Shown piece after piece: positions 30,608 through 40,795 of a stretch of 64,000 bases of DNA (position 1 is its first letter; every line of letters starts with the position of its first letter). The notes under the pieces are model-generated. The model was not told the origin of the DNA and ran no database searches. It saw only the letters and a program-made list of their open reading frames with translations. A program made the translations under genes and the position numbers. The stretch spans positions 71,094-135,093 of the forward strand of contig CALXMQ010000002.1 in NCBI GenBank assembly GCA_944389515.1, given 5' to 3'. The DNA is from an uncultured Alphaproteobacteria bacterium (GTDB lineage Bacteria > Pseudomonadota > Alphaproteobacteria > Rs-D84).

Positions 30608-33600
30608 ATGGCATACCCAAAAACAGAACCCAAGGCAGATTTCCCGGCGCTGGAACATGAAATATTGGCGTTCTGGCGCGCAGATAATACATTTCATAAA
30701 TCATTAAATAAAACCAAACAAGGACATCCGTTTTCGTTCTATGACGGGCCACCGTTTGGTAATGGTTTACCGCACTGGGGACATTTGGGTGTGTCCGCTG
30801 TCAAAGATATGGTGGGACGTTACAAAACAATGCGTGGATATCACGTTGTACGTGAACTGGGGTGGGATTGCCACGGATTGCCGGCTGAAAATTCTGTTGA
30901 AAAAAAGCAAGGGAAACAAGCAAAAGATATTGTTGCAGATCAGGGTATTGCCGCATTTTGCGATATGTGTCGCAAAGATATTTTAACATACACGAACGAG
31001 TGGGAAAAATTCATTGAACGTATTGGGCGCTGGGTCGATATTGGTGATGGGTATGGTTATAAAACCATGGATAAAAATTACATGGAATCCATATTGTGGA
31101 CACTGAAAACATTATATGACAAAGGTTTGTTATACAAAGATTACAGTGTAAATCCGTTTGATTGGGTGAACGGTACGGTTGTTTCTAATTCCGAAGCATC
31201 CCAAGATTATCGCGATGTTGTTGATGATGCTGTAACCGTATGGTTTGAATTAGAAAATGGTGACCGGGTTCTGGCATGGACAACAACACCGTGGACATTG
31301 CCGGCGAATTCTGCATTGGCGGTGAATCCGGATATGAAATATCTGCGCATGCGCGACATTGATGGTGCCGTATATATCATCGCAGAATCCAGATTGTCTG
31401 CATACGCAAAACAATTTGAAAATGCCGAAAAAATTGGTGAAATCATGGGTACTGATTTGGTCGGTATGCATTATACACCGTTGTTTGATTATTATGTGGG
31501 TATGTCTGATTTGTTATATCAGGTTATACCAGCAGAATATGTTTCTGACACTGATGGTACTGGTATTGTGCATATTGCGCCTGCGTATGGTGCCGAAGAC
31601 TTTTGGGCGGCCAAAAATATTGATTCAAAGTTCCCAGTGTTATTAAACGTTGATAATTATGGTAATTTTGATGAAACAGTACGCGATTGGGCAGGTGAAA
31701 ATATATTCGTGGCCAATCCAAAAATTATTCAGGCACTGCGTGATAATGGACATTTGGTCAAAAAAGAACAATATAAACACAGTTATCCATACAGCGACCG
31801 CAGTAAAGAAAAATTGATTTATCGTGCAACGGATTCTTGGTATATCGATGTGCCAAAAATTCGCGATGCATTGATTGCAAATAATAAAAAAGTAAACTGG
31901 ACATCGGCGGGCGAACGTTTTCGCACATGGATAGAAGGTGCACGCCCATGGTCTATTTCCAGAAATCGTTTCTGGGGGACACCATTGCCGATATGGGAAA
32001 AAGACGGTGAATACAAAATATTTGGTTCTGTTAAAGAAATAGAAGATTTCTTTGGGGTAAAAATTGATGACTTGCACCGGCCGACACTGGATAAATTAGA
32101 AAAAGATGGTTGGGTGCGTATTCCAGACGTTCTGGATTGCTGGGTAGAATCAGGTTCTATGCCATGGGCATCGTTGCATTATCCATTTGAAAACGCAGAT
32201 AAATTTGATGCGACATTCCCGGCTGACTATATTATCGAAGGTCAAGACCAAACGCGTGGTTGGTTCTATTCTTTGATGGTTTTGGCGACGGCTTTGTTTG
32301 ATAAGCCTGCGTTCAAGACTGTATCTGCAAACGGTATGGTGGTTGATGAAAATAAAAAGAAATTTTCAAAATCATTGCAAAACTTTGTAAACCCAGAACA
32401 ACAAATTGAACAATTCGGTGCAGATGCAATCCGTTTGTTTATATTAGGTTCTAATTTTATGAAGGCAGAACCTGTTCCGGTTGATAAAGAAGGCAAGGTA
32501 TTCGCAGAATCTACAAAAACAATTCTGACACCACTGTGGAACGCATATCATTTCTTTACATTATATGCAAATGCCGGAAATATTACTGCGCGTGCAAATT
32601 CTGTGGGTGACAGTGCGTTGGATAAATATATTGTGGCTGAATTAAATGAATTGATTTCTGTTGTGGGGGATGCGCTGGATAAATATGCACCAGATATCGC
32701 CGTCAAAGAATTTGTACGATTCTTGGATGTATTAAACAACTGGTACATCCGTCGCAGTCGCGAAAGATTCTGGGACGAAGACCAAGATGCATTTGATACA
32801 TTGTATTATGTTTTAACAAATTTATGCCGCGCATTGGCACCGTTTGCGCCGTTTGTTTCTGATTACATTTATCGCAATTTAACCGGTGGCGACAGTGTGC
32901 ATTTACAATCTTTCCCGGTTGCGGTGGATTATGACAAACAAATTGTGTCTGATATGCGACGGGTGCAAATGGTTGTATCTGTGGGCAAACAATTACGCGA
33001 ACAATATAAATTACGTAACCGTTTGCCGTTAAATACGTTGACAGTTGCAGGTACTGATTTGTCAGCGTACACAGATATTATCCGCGATGAATTAAATGTT
33101 AAATCTGTTGAATTCACGGCCAGTTACGGTGATGTTGCAGATGCGTTTGTATATCTGATTACACCAAAAATTGGTGCAAGATTGGGTGGCGCGTTACGTG
33201 ATATTATACCGGCTGTTAAACGTGGTGAATACACGATTTCTGGCGACACATTGGTTGTTGGCGAATACACATTGAACGCAGATGAATTTGAAAATCGTTT
33301 AACCGTGCGTGATGGCGTAACCGGCGCAGCATTACCAGATAATACAGCCGTGGTTGTATTAGATACAGAAATAAATTCTGAACTGATTGCCGAAGGTTTG
33401 GCCAATGATGCACTGCGTTTTATCCAAGATACACGTAAAACGATTGGATTGGATGTGTCTGACAGAATAAATTTGACGTACAGTGCTGCGCCGGCGCTGG
33501 CGGCGGCGATTGAACAGCATCGTGCACGCATTATGCGTGATGCATTGATAAAAAATATGTCGCAAAATGAAAATGGTGTGTATAATACAGAAATAGAAGG

Positions 33601-33634
33601 ATACAATTTATCAATATCTATTGATAAAGCATAA
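30608..33634 (+). CDS. ileS: isoleucine--tRNA ligase, type 2 (eukaryote-like)
   Basis: YDGPPFGNGLPHWGHL, GWDCHGLPAE, KFSKS. Very similar in layout to rickettsial IleS. Start trimmed to MAYPKTEP with the GGAG RBS. Confidence 0.95.
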   Translation: MAYPKTEPKADFPALEHEILAFWRADNTFHKSLNKTKQGHPFSFYDGPPFGNGLPHWGHLGVSAVKDMVGRYKTMRGYHVVRELGWDCHGLPAENSVEKKQGKQAKDIVADQGIAAFCDMCRKDILTYTNEWEKFIERIGRWVDIGDGYGYKTMDKNYMESILWTLKTLYDKGLLYKDYSVNPFDWVNGTVVSNSEASQDYRDVVDDAVTVWFELENGDRVLAWTTTPWTLPANSALAVNPDMKYLRMRDIDGAVYIIAESRLSAYAKQFENAEKIGEIMGTDLVGMHYTPLFDYYVGMSDLLYQVIPAEYVSDTDGTGIVHIAPAYGAEDFWAAKNIDSKFPVLLNVDNYGNFDETVRDWAGENIFVANPKIIQALRDNGHLVKKEQYKHSYPYSDRSKEKLIYRATDSWYIDVPKIRDALIANNKKVNWTSAGERFRTWIEGARPWSISRNRFWGTPLPIWEKDGEYKIFGSVKEIEDFFGVKIDDLHRPTLDKLEKDGWVRIPDVLDCWVESGSMPWASLHYPFENADKFDATFPADYIIEGQDQTRGWFYSLMVLATALFDKPAFKTVSANGMVVDENKKKFSKSLQNFVNPEQQIEQFGADAIRLFILGSNFMKAEPVPVDKEGKVFAESTKTILTPLWNAYHFFTLYANAGNITARANSVGDSALDKYIVAELNELISVVGDALDKYAPDIAVKEFVRFLDVLNNWYIRRSRERFWDEDQDAFDTLYYVLTNLCRALAPFAPFVSDYIYRNLTGGDSVHLQSFPVAVDYDKQIVSDMRRVQMVVSVGKQLREQYKLRNRLPLNTLTVAGTDLSAYTDIIRDELNVKSVEFTASYGDVADAFVYLITPKIGARLGGALRDIIPAVKRGEYTISGDTLVVGEYTLNADEFENRLTVRDGVTGAALPDNTAVVVLDTEINSELIAEGLANDALRFIQDTRKTIGLDVSDRINLTYSAAPALAAAIEQHRARIMRDALIKNMSQNENGVYNTEIEGYNLSISIDKA

Positions 33635-33648
33635 ACAAGGGGGAAATC

Positions 33649-34032
33649 ATGCATATACATAAATCATTAAACTGGGTATTGTGGATATTGGGTGTAATTG
33701 TTGTGTTCTTTGCCGGGTTTTATATCGGCACATTGGATGCAGATGCACATGAAATAAAAATCACATCACAATGCACTGAAATTGGTGTATCAAAAACTTT
33801 TTCTGCAAATTATGAAAGCATCAACGGCCAGGTTATACGTGATGAAAAAACAAATTCTGAAACATATAACGCACGCTGTTTATGCTTTGCATCAGATGCC
33901 ACACATAAAAATATCTGGGTTGATACTGTTGAATTATCAGGTGATACAGCAGATAATGTTCGCACACAATGTAACAATGATTGCCAGAAATTATGCGAAG
34001 GACGTTTGGTTGATTTCAAATTTACAGAATAA
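33649..34032 (+). CDS. membrane-anchored Cys-rich hypothetical protein
   Basis: N-terminal TM followed by a roughly 95-aa exported domain with 8 Cys. Confidence 0.35.
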   Translation: MHIHKSLNWVLWILGVIVVFFAGFYIGTLDADAHEIKITSQCTEIGVSKTFSANYESINGQVIRDEKTNSETYNARCLCFASDATHKNIWVDTVELSGDTADNVRTQCNNDCQKLCEGRLVDFKFTE

Positions 34033-34034
34033 AT

Positions 34035-34697
34035 ATGGCACTGACACCAGATATTTATTTCAAATACGTTCCAAATGTGATTGATATGTCAATCCGTTCG
34101 GAACTGTATTCTGTAAATGAATTTACTTTTGCGGTCGCGGTGATTTTGTCTGCCCAGGCAACAGATAAGAAAGTAAATGAAGTAACACCTGGATTATTTC
34201 ATGTGGCACCATCGCCGGCGAAAATGATTGCATTGGGAATAGATGGATTAAAACAGCATATTCGTGTGTTATCGTTCTTTAATAACAAGGCAAAAAGTAT
34301 TATGGGTTTGGCTGCTGCTTTGATGAACGAAGACGGGGGGATGGATGATAATTACATATTCCCAAAAAAATATCATAATCGTGATGCACTGATGAAATTG
34401 CCAGGGATTGGACAAAAGACCGCAAATGTTATTATGAACGTATTATGGGGCGCACCAAACATTGGTGTTGATACGCACGTTTTTCGCAATGCCCATCGTT
34501 ATGGCTGGGTCGATACGGATGCCAATACCCCAGAACGTGTTGAAGAACAACTGATTAAAAAAATTCCGAAAAAATATCATCCGATTGTAAATCATGTAAT
34601 GGTTTTACATGGGCGATATATTTGCCGGGCATTACGCCCAAAATGTTCAGAATGCCCGGTTGCAAAATGGTGCAACGCACCGGATAAAATAATATAA
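34035..34697 (+). CDS. nth: endonuclease III
   Basis: HhH-GPD motif LPGIGQKTANVIM, and a 4Fe-4S cluster loop CRALRPKCSECPVAKWC. Confidence 0.9.
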   Translation: MALTPDIYFKYVPNVIDMSIRSELYSVNEFTFAVAVILSAQATDKKVNEVTPGLFHVAPSPAKMIALGIDGLKQHIRVLSFFNNKAKSIMGLAAALMNEDGGMDDNYIFPKKYHNRDALMKLPGIGQKTANVIMNVLWGAPNIGVDTHVFRNAHRYGWVDTDANTPERVEEQLIKKIPKKYHPIVNHVMVLHGRYICRALRPKCSECPVAKWCNAPDKII

Positions 34698-34843
34698 AAA
34701 AATACACAAAAAGGCCGGTAAATGCCGGCCAATTATTTTATATATTTATATCGCAATCATATATCCACATATCAATATTGCGACAACCATTATTACAAAT
34801 ACTATTTTTTGTTTCGTTGCGATTTTCATCTTTTCCCCCATAT

Positions 34844-35245
34844 TTACCAACCAGTTGTCAAATTCTGGCAACCAAAATTTTCACCATTACTTAAAAATCC
34901 CAATAATATTCCGATTGAAAACAATAACGCAAATCCGATAATCATTGGAACACCGATTGACTTTAACCCTTCGGTTACACTGTCTTTGCCAGCAATCTTG
35001 CCAGACGTTATTGCGTCCCAACCATATTTTGCCAATATAAATCCAGCACCAACAAATGCCAATGTTCGCAGTAATTTGAACACTTCTTGGAATCGCGCAA
35101 TCATGTCACACAATCCACTGTTCATTGCTGGGGCTGCAAATGCCGGGACAACCAATACGGCTGAAACACACGCAAAAATTACAGTATATAATCCAACGTT
35201 TTTTTTCGGTTGTTTTATTTTTACAGAATTATTGATTTTCCGCAT
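34844..35245 (-). CDS. VirB2/TrbC-like type IV secretion pilin (orphan)
   Basis: 133 aa. Long signal peptide ending AFAAPA, then two hydrophobic segments separated by a short polar loop, and a G-rich C-terminus. Consistent with the TrbC/VirB2 architecture. Confidence 0.45.
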   Translation of the reverse strand: MRKINNSVKIKQPKKNVGLYTVIFACVSAVLVVPAFAAPAMNSGLCDMIARFQEVFKLLRTLAFVGAGFILAKYGWDAITSGKIAGKDSVTEGLKSIGVPMIIGFALLFSIGILLGFLSNGENFGCQNLTTGW

Positions 35246-35366
35246 ATTTTATCCTTTTAATTTGTGCCGAAAAAAAACGTTCGTTTTTTTTCGGCATATA
35301 TTTTACATATATTATACCAATTTTTACCCCCATGCGCAAATTATATTTACGCATGGGTATAAATTG

Positions 35367-37739
35367 TTATTTGTCACGAATTTGTGCATCACAGCGTTTT
35401 TCAACGTTTGCGATAACGGCACTTTGCAGATTTTGTAAATCTGAATCAGACATTTTTTCCATTGGTGTAATCGTTATTGTAAACGCAATGGATTTTTTCC
35501 CATCACCCATAATATACGCATCAAATACAACAACATCTGTTATGCGTGCATCAGTGGCCAATGCTGTATTCACCAATTTTTCAGCCGGCGTTGATTCATC
35601 GGTAATAAATGCAAAATCACGTGTTATCGGCTGAAATTCAGATAATTTTGGTTCATGTGGCGAACGCGTACAGGGTAACATATCTGCATTTTCAATAATT
35701 GCGATATTTACACGGGTCTTTATTTTTAATGCATGTGCCACAGATGGATGTAATTCACCAAATTCAGCAATTTTCCGTTTACCTTGATACAATGCACCAT
35801 ATCTGAACGGATGCGCCCAACGTGGCGGATTATCAGATGACACAGTGAATTTTTGCCCATGCAGTAACGCCATTATATCCGCCTTGGTATCATAAATATC
35901 AGACGTACGATTGCGGCGTGTCCAATGACGTGGTGCAATATCCCCAGTACGTACAATGCATATTTGTGTATGCTGCATTTCTGGCATATCACCGTCAAAC
36001 ACAGTTCCCAGTTCAAATAAATTCAAATCTGGATATCCACGTTTTTCATTTTCAGAAACAAACGCCAACATATTCCCCAACAAATTGTTACGCGCGGTAT
36101 CCATATTGCTTACAATCGGATTTGATATTTTAGTGATTTTTTTATCAGACAATAATTCTTCTGTTTTAGAATCACCGAATCCAAATGATTTTACTTCGTT
36201 CAAACCACGTGCTGATAATTCACGCTTTATATTCATGTAATAATCACGATGTGGCACAGAATCTGTTGGTTTATGAACTGCCACCTGGGCGATATTATCA
36301 TAACCATAAATACGGATTAAATCAGACACTATATTTTCTGGTATTTCTACACCTATGCGATTAGATGGCGGAGTTAAAATCCAACTTTGTTCATCCTCAT
36401 CTATATCATATCCCAATTCAACCAAGATATTATGTTGTTTAACTTCGTCCATTTCTATACCAGTTTTTTTACTGAATATATCTGGTGTATATCTTATCTT
36501 TGGAACATACTTATTTATTATTATATCTTTCCAATCTTCCCAGAATTCTGCGGTTGCGCCGCCATATTCTGCGGGCGGATTAAATAATTCACCTGCGGCA
36601 ATTGTACCGTAAATATGGCCACCACATTGTGCCAATATTATACTTGTTGCATTTGCAAGTGCATATGGCGTCAATGTTAAATCTATGCCACGTTCATATC
36701 TGTATGAAGAATCTGTTGATATACCTAAACGCTTAGATGTTTTACGTACAGATACAGGATTAAAATATGCACTTTCCAGAATAATATTTTTGGTTTTATC
36801 AGTGGTCATACCACGTGCACCACCAACAACCCCAGCCAATGCCAATATACCGGTATCATCTGCGATTACCATATCTGTATCGCATAATGTATGTTCGTTT
36901 CCAAATAAATCTGTGAACTTTTCACCATTTGTTGCCATACGTACAGTGATATCCCCGTTTATTTCATCTGCATCAAAACAATGCATTGGCTGACCCATAT
37001 CATAGCAAATATAATTTGTCGCATCGATTGGCGCGTTCTTTGGGTTTATACCTATTGCACGCAATCTTGATGATATTTTGCTGTTACTTGGTGCAATTTT
37101 TATATCATGAATTTCGCACAAAGAATATCCAAGACATTTATCTGTTTTTACATGTACTTGTCTGGTGCCTGTACCATATTCAGGAAAATTATCCGCATGT
37201 GCAATATATTCACCCATACCAGCCGCCGATAAATCGCGCGCAATACCACGTACAGACAAATAATCAGGACGATTTGGGGTAATACCTGCATCAAATACTG
37301 TTTCTGTATTTAACACGGGTGTGCCAATTTTTGTATCTGGGGCCAATTCTATTATTCCACTGTGGTCATCGTTTATCCCCAGTTCGCGACCACTGCACAT
37401 CATGCCGTCAGATAACACACCGCGTAATTTGCCACTTTTAATTTCATGACCTGCGATTATACAGCCCGGCAATGCCAGCGCAGATATCAATCCAGAACGT
37501 GCATTTGGTGCACCACAAACAACCTGGCGTAATTTACCTGTGCCATCGTCAACCTGTAATATATGTAAATGATCACTGCCGTCCATTGGGACGCATTCAA
37601 CAATTTTTGCCGCAATCGGGGCAACAGGTTCAATTAAATCTTCGACTTCCAATCCTGTGCGTGTCAAGGTATCAGCAATCTGCGATGCCGTGGCGTCAGT
37701 TTTCAAATAATCTTTTAACCAATCATATGTCCATTTCAT
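35367..37739 (-). CDS. pheT: phenylalanine--tRNA ligase beta subunit
   Basis: 790 aa. N-terminal tRNA-binding domain, B3/4, B5 and FDX-ACB domains. Confidence 0.95.
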   Translation of the reverse strand: MKWTYDWLKDYLKTDATASQIADTLTRTGLEVEDLIEPVAPIAAKIVECVPMDGSDHLHILQVDDGTGKLRQVVCGAPNARSGLISALALPGCIIAGHEIKSGKLRGVLSDGMMCSGRELGINDDHSGIIELAPDTKIGTPVLNTETVFDAGITPNRPDYLSVRGIARDLSAAGMGEYIAHADNFPEYGTGTRQVHVKTDKCLGYSLCEIHDIKIAPSNSKISSRLRAIGINPKNAPIDATNYICYDMGQPMHCFDADEINGDITVRMATNGEKFTDLFGNEHTLCDTDMVIADDTGILALAGVVGGARGMTTDKTKNIILESAYFNPVSVRKTSKRLGISTDSSYRYERGIDLTLTPYALANATSIILAQCGGHIYGTIAAGELFNPPAEYGGATAEFWEDWKDIIINKYVPKIRYTPDIFSKKTGIEMDEVKQHNILVELGYDIDEDEQSWILTPPSNRIGVEIPENIVSDLIRIYGYDNIAQVAVHKPTDSVPHRDYYMNIKRELSARGLNEVKSFGFGDSKTEELLSDKKITKISNPIVSNMDTARNNLLGNMLAFVSENEKRGYPDLNLFELGTVFDGDMPEMQHTQICIVRTGDIAPRHWTRRNRTSDIYDTKADIMALLHGQKFTVSSDNPPRWAHPFRYGALYQGKRKIAEFGELHPSVAHALKIKTRVNIAIIENADMLPCTRSPHEPKLSEFQPITRDFAFITDESTPAEKLVNTALATDARITDVVVFDAYIMGDGKKSIAFTITITPMEKMSDSDLQNLQSAVIANVEKRCDAQIRDK

Positions 37740-37754
37740 TTTTTGCCCCTGTGA

Positions 37755-38702
37755 TTAAAAACCTGTTTTCTGTAACCAACGTACATCACCATCATAAAAT
37801 TGACGTAAATCGTTCAGACCGTATTTTAACATTGCTAATCTGTCCCATCCAAAACCAAATGCGAAGCCTTGGTATTCATCTGGATTTATATTGCAATTAC
37901 GCAAAACATTTGGATGCACCATCCCAGCCCCCATGATTTCCAACCATTTATTATCACGCCACATCATATCTATTTCTATGCTGGGTTCAGTAAATGGGAA
38001 ATAAGACGGACGAATACGCAATTTAACGTCATCCATTTCAAAAAAGCGTTTCAAAAATTCACGTACATCTGAAATCAAGTCAGACATTGTTATATTTTTA
38101 TCTATATACAAACCTTCGATTTGATGAAACATTGGTGTATGCGTTGCGTCCATTTCTTTGCGATATGTGGCGCCAATACCAAACATTTTTATTGGTGCAC
38201 CATGTGCATCCATACTGCGAATTTGAATTGCGGATGTTTGGGTACGCATAACATTTCCATTTTCCAAGAAAAACGTATCTTGCATATCACGGGCAGGATG
38301 ATATTCCGGGGTATTTAATGCAGTAAAGTTATGCCAATCATCTTCGATTTCAGGCCCAGTCCACATTTCATATCCAAAAGATTCTAAAATTTCAGATACA
38401 TTGGATAAAACCTGGGTCAAAGGATGCAGGGTTCCGCGATTTTCTGGCAATGGATTTAATGATGCATCCAAACGCTGTTTTGCCAATCCAGACATCAGTG
38501 CCGCGTTTTCTAAATCAGATTGGCGCAATTTGAATAATTCACGCAATTCAGTATTTTCACGATTTAATTCTGCACGTGCATCTGGTGCCAAATTTTTCAT
38601 ATCTTTTAATCGCGCGGTCATTGTGCCGTTTTTACCAAATGTCGCCGTGTATAAAGACTGTAATTCTTCTAGTGTTTTTGCGTTTTTTATTTGTTCTTGC
38701 AT
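37755..38702 (-). CDS. pheS: phenylalanine--tRNA ligase alpha subunit
   Basis: Class II motifs. FPFTEPSxE. Confidence 0.9.
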   Translation of the reverse strand: MQEQIKNAKTLEELQSLYTATFGKNGTMTARLKDMKNLAPDARAELNRENTELRELFKLRQSDLENAALMSGLAKQRLDASLNPLPENRGTLHPLTQVLSNVSEILESFGYEMWTGPEIEDDWHNFTALNTPEYHPARDMQDTFFLENGNVMRTQTSAIQIRSMDAHGAPIKMFGIGATYRKEMDATHTPMFHQIEGLYIDKNITMSDLISDVREFLKRFFEMDDVKLRIRPSYFPFTEPSIEIDMMWRDNKWLEIMGAGMVHPNVLRNCNINPDEYQGFAFGFGWDRLAMLKYGLNDLRQFYDGDVRWLQKTGF

Positions 38703-38718
38703 AACATTACCCCATGTA

Positions 38719-38752
38719 AAAAAACAAAAGCCGTCGTGTGACGGCTTTTATA
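38719..38752 (-). terminator. hairpin plus T-run between rplT and pheS
   Basis: aaagccgtcgtgtgacggcttt. Confidence 0.5.
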
Positions 38753-38784
38753 ATACAAAATAATATACCCCACCGCCAAGGCCT

Positions 38785-39153
38785 TTATTTAGCATCGGTG
38801 GAAATAAATCGTTTTGCTGTTTCAACCAATTTTGCAAAATTCGCATCGCCAGCATACGCCATTTGCGCTAAAACTTTGCGATCCAATGCAACCCCAGCCT
38901 TTTTCAGGCCGTTCATAAATTGGCTGTATGTCATACCATTGCTGCGCACAGCGGCGTTGATACGAACAATCCACAATCCGCGAAATTCACGTTTTTTAAC
39001 GCGACGATCACGATATGCGTATTGACCTGCTTTTTCTGTTTTTTCACGCGCCGCACGATATGTAGAATGATGACGACCCAAATAACCCTTGGCACGCGCC
39101 AAAATTTTATTATGTTTTTGTTTTACGGTTGTTCCACGTTTAACTCTTGCCAT
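38785..39153 (-). CDS. rplT: 50S ribosomal protein L20
   Basis: [18 protein letters not shown]. Confidence 0.95.
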   Translation of the reverse strand: MARVKRGTTVKQKHNKILARAKGYLGRHHSTYRAAREKTEKAGQYAYRDRRVKKREFRGLWIVRINAAVRSNGMTYSQFMNGLKKAGVALDRKVLAQMAYAGDANFAKLVETAKRFISTDAK

Positions 39154-39172
39154 GAATCTACCCCCTTTGTGC

Positions 39173-39376
39173 TTATTTCAAACCATATGGGGCCAAGATT
39201 TTTGCCTGTCCCGTCATGTTATCGTTCAGATATTGCGGCTTTGACCCAGCGTTATTTGCACGTTTGGATTTATGACGCAATAATTTTTTATGGGCATTTC
39301 TGGCAACGCGGATTTTACCGGTCGCAGTCATAGATGCGCGCTTTTTCAAGTACGACTTGGTTTTTAATTTTGGCAT
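39173..39376 (-). CDS. rpmI: 50S ribosomal protein L35
   Basis: [13 protein letters not shown]. The ORF-track start is 7 codons too far upstream. Confidence 0.9.
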   Translation of the reverse strand: MPKLKTKSYLKKRASMTATGKIRVARNAHKKLLRHKSKRANNAGSKPQYLNDNMTGQAKILAPYGLK

Positions 39377-39515
39377 TTTGCTACCTCTTATGTTCACCTG
39401 ATGGCAATGCCATTGCCATTTCGGTTTCGTTTACACAGGCTGTATTTTGGCATAATTAAATGAAAAATCAAGTTTTTATTGAATATCTGTATTTTAGCGT
39501 CTAAACTTATGCCCG

Positions 39516-40337
39516 ATGAACCAAAACAAATTATCTTCCAGATTGCGCACAATTATTAAATCCGCGGTGGCGGCGGCTGTGTTACCGATATTGTTTATAT
39601 ATATTATGATTGCAAAGCCTGATTATACAATTATGAACGGTTTGGCGCATGTCGTGTTACCAGTGGCAAATTGGGTTGGGGATATTGTAACGTGGCCTGT
39701 GCGGGCGGTTGGTGCCGCGATTGATAATGTTCGCGAATTATCCAGTTTACGTACAGAAAATGAAGAACTGCGCGTGCGTTTGGATGATGCGTTACGTAAT
39801 AAAAATATATGCGATATCGCGATTGCTGAAAATCAAAAATTATCCCATGAACTGGATATTGTACAATCACAACCACGTGGGGCTGTGGTCGCAGACGTAA
39901 CATATGATAATACCGCTTTTCACCACAGTACTTTTTTTATAAACAAGGGTATTAAACACGGATTAGATAACGGTATGGTGGTAATATCAACAGATGGCCA
40001 GTTGGTCGGTATTATAACAGATACTGCCCCTTATTTTTCACGTGTACGGGCATTGACAGATGCAAATACAAATATTGCTGTACGTATTGCTGGATCCGAA
40101 GTGTATGGATTTTTACGCGGAAATGGTTCTGCAACACCAACAATCGGATTGTTCAGTGATCCAGAATTTCAGCCATCTGGTGGAATAAAATTGGTAACCA
40201 GTAATATCAGTGGTGTTTTACCAAATGGTATAATTGTTGGTGAAACAATCAATAATACAGATGTATCTGTATTACAACCTGATACATTATCACGTGTTAT
40301 TGTATTACAATTCGACGTGCAAAACGAATACAAGTAA
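39516..40337 (+). CDS. mreC: rod shape-determining protein MreC
   Basis: N-terminal TM, coiled coil, then two beta domains. Confidence 0.75.
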   Translation: MNQNKLSSRLRTIIKSAVAAAVLPILFIYIMIAKPDYTIMNGLAHVVLPVANWVGDIVTWPVRAVGAAIDNVRELSSLRTENEELRVRLDDALRNKNICDIAIAENQKLSHELDIVQSQPRGAVVADVTYDNTAFHHSTFFINKGIKHGLDNGMVVISTDGQLVGIITDTAPYFSRVRALTDANTNIAVRIAGSEVYGFLRGNGSATPTIGLFSDPEFQPSGGIKLVTSNISGVLPNGIIVGETINNTDVSVLQPDTLSRVIVLQFDVQNEYK

Positions 40338-40795
40338 TGAAACATAAAATAATAAAATTTTTACGCGACGCATTTCCTTTTATCGCCGTAATTGTGTTAT
40401 GGCGATTATCAATCGCGTTTTGGAATCCGGCCGGAATTTTGGCAATTATTCCGATATTTTATTGTTCTTTTGTGCGCCCAGTACCATGGTTTGCACCGTT
40501 TGCAATATTGTTTTGCTTTTTAATAGATTACAGATTTGATACATTAGTTTACTGGACTGCGATGTATTGTATTTTTTACGCAGCAAATGGGTTTCAAACA
40601 GTCTTTGATTTAACACGTGTCGATAAAAATGCGTTATATGTATTCATGATTTTCTTTGGTATATCCACATTTATATTGACAATGATGGATTTTAATATTT
40701 CAAATTTAATGCGTGCGGCGTGGCTGTTTGCATGGGTATCCACACTGTATATACCAATAACAGCACTGATTAAAAAGGTTTGCGATGATAGATAA
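40337..40795 (+). CDS. mreD: rod shape-determining protein MreD (by position and topology)
   Basis: Polytopic 152-aa membrane protein between mreC and mrdA. Confidence 0.55.
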   Translation: MKHKIIKFLRDAFPFIAVIVLWRLSIAFWNPAGILAIIPIFYCSFVRPVPWFAPFAILFCFLIDYRFDTLVYWTAMYCIFYAANGFQTVFDLTRVDKNALYVFMIFFGISTFILTMMDFNISNLMRAAWLFAWVSTLYIPITALIKKVCDDR

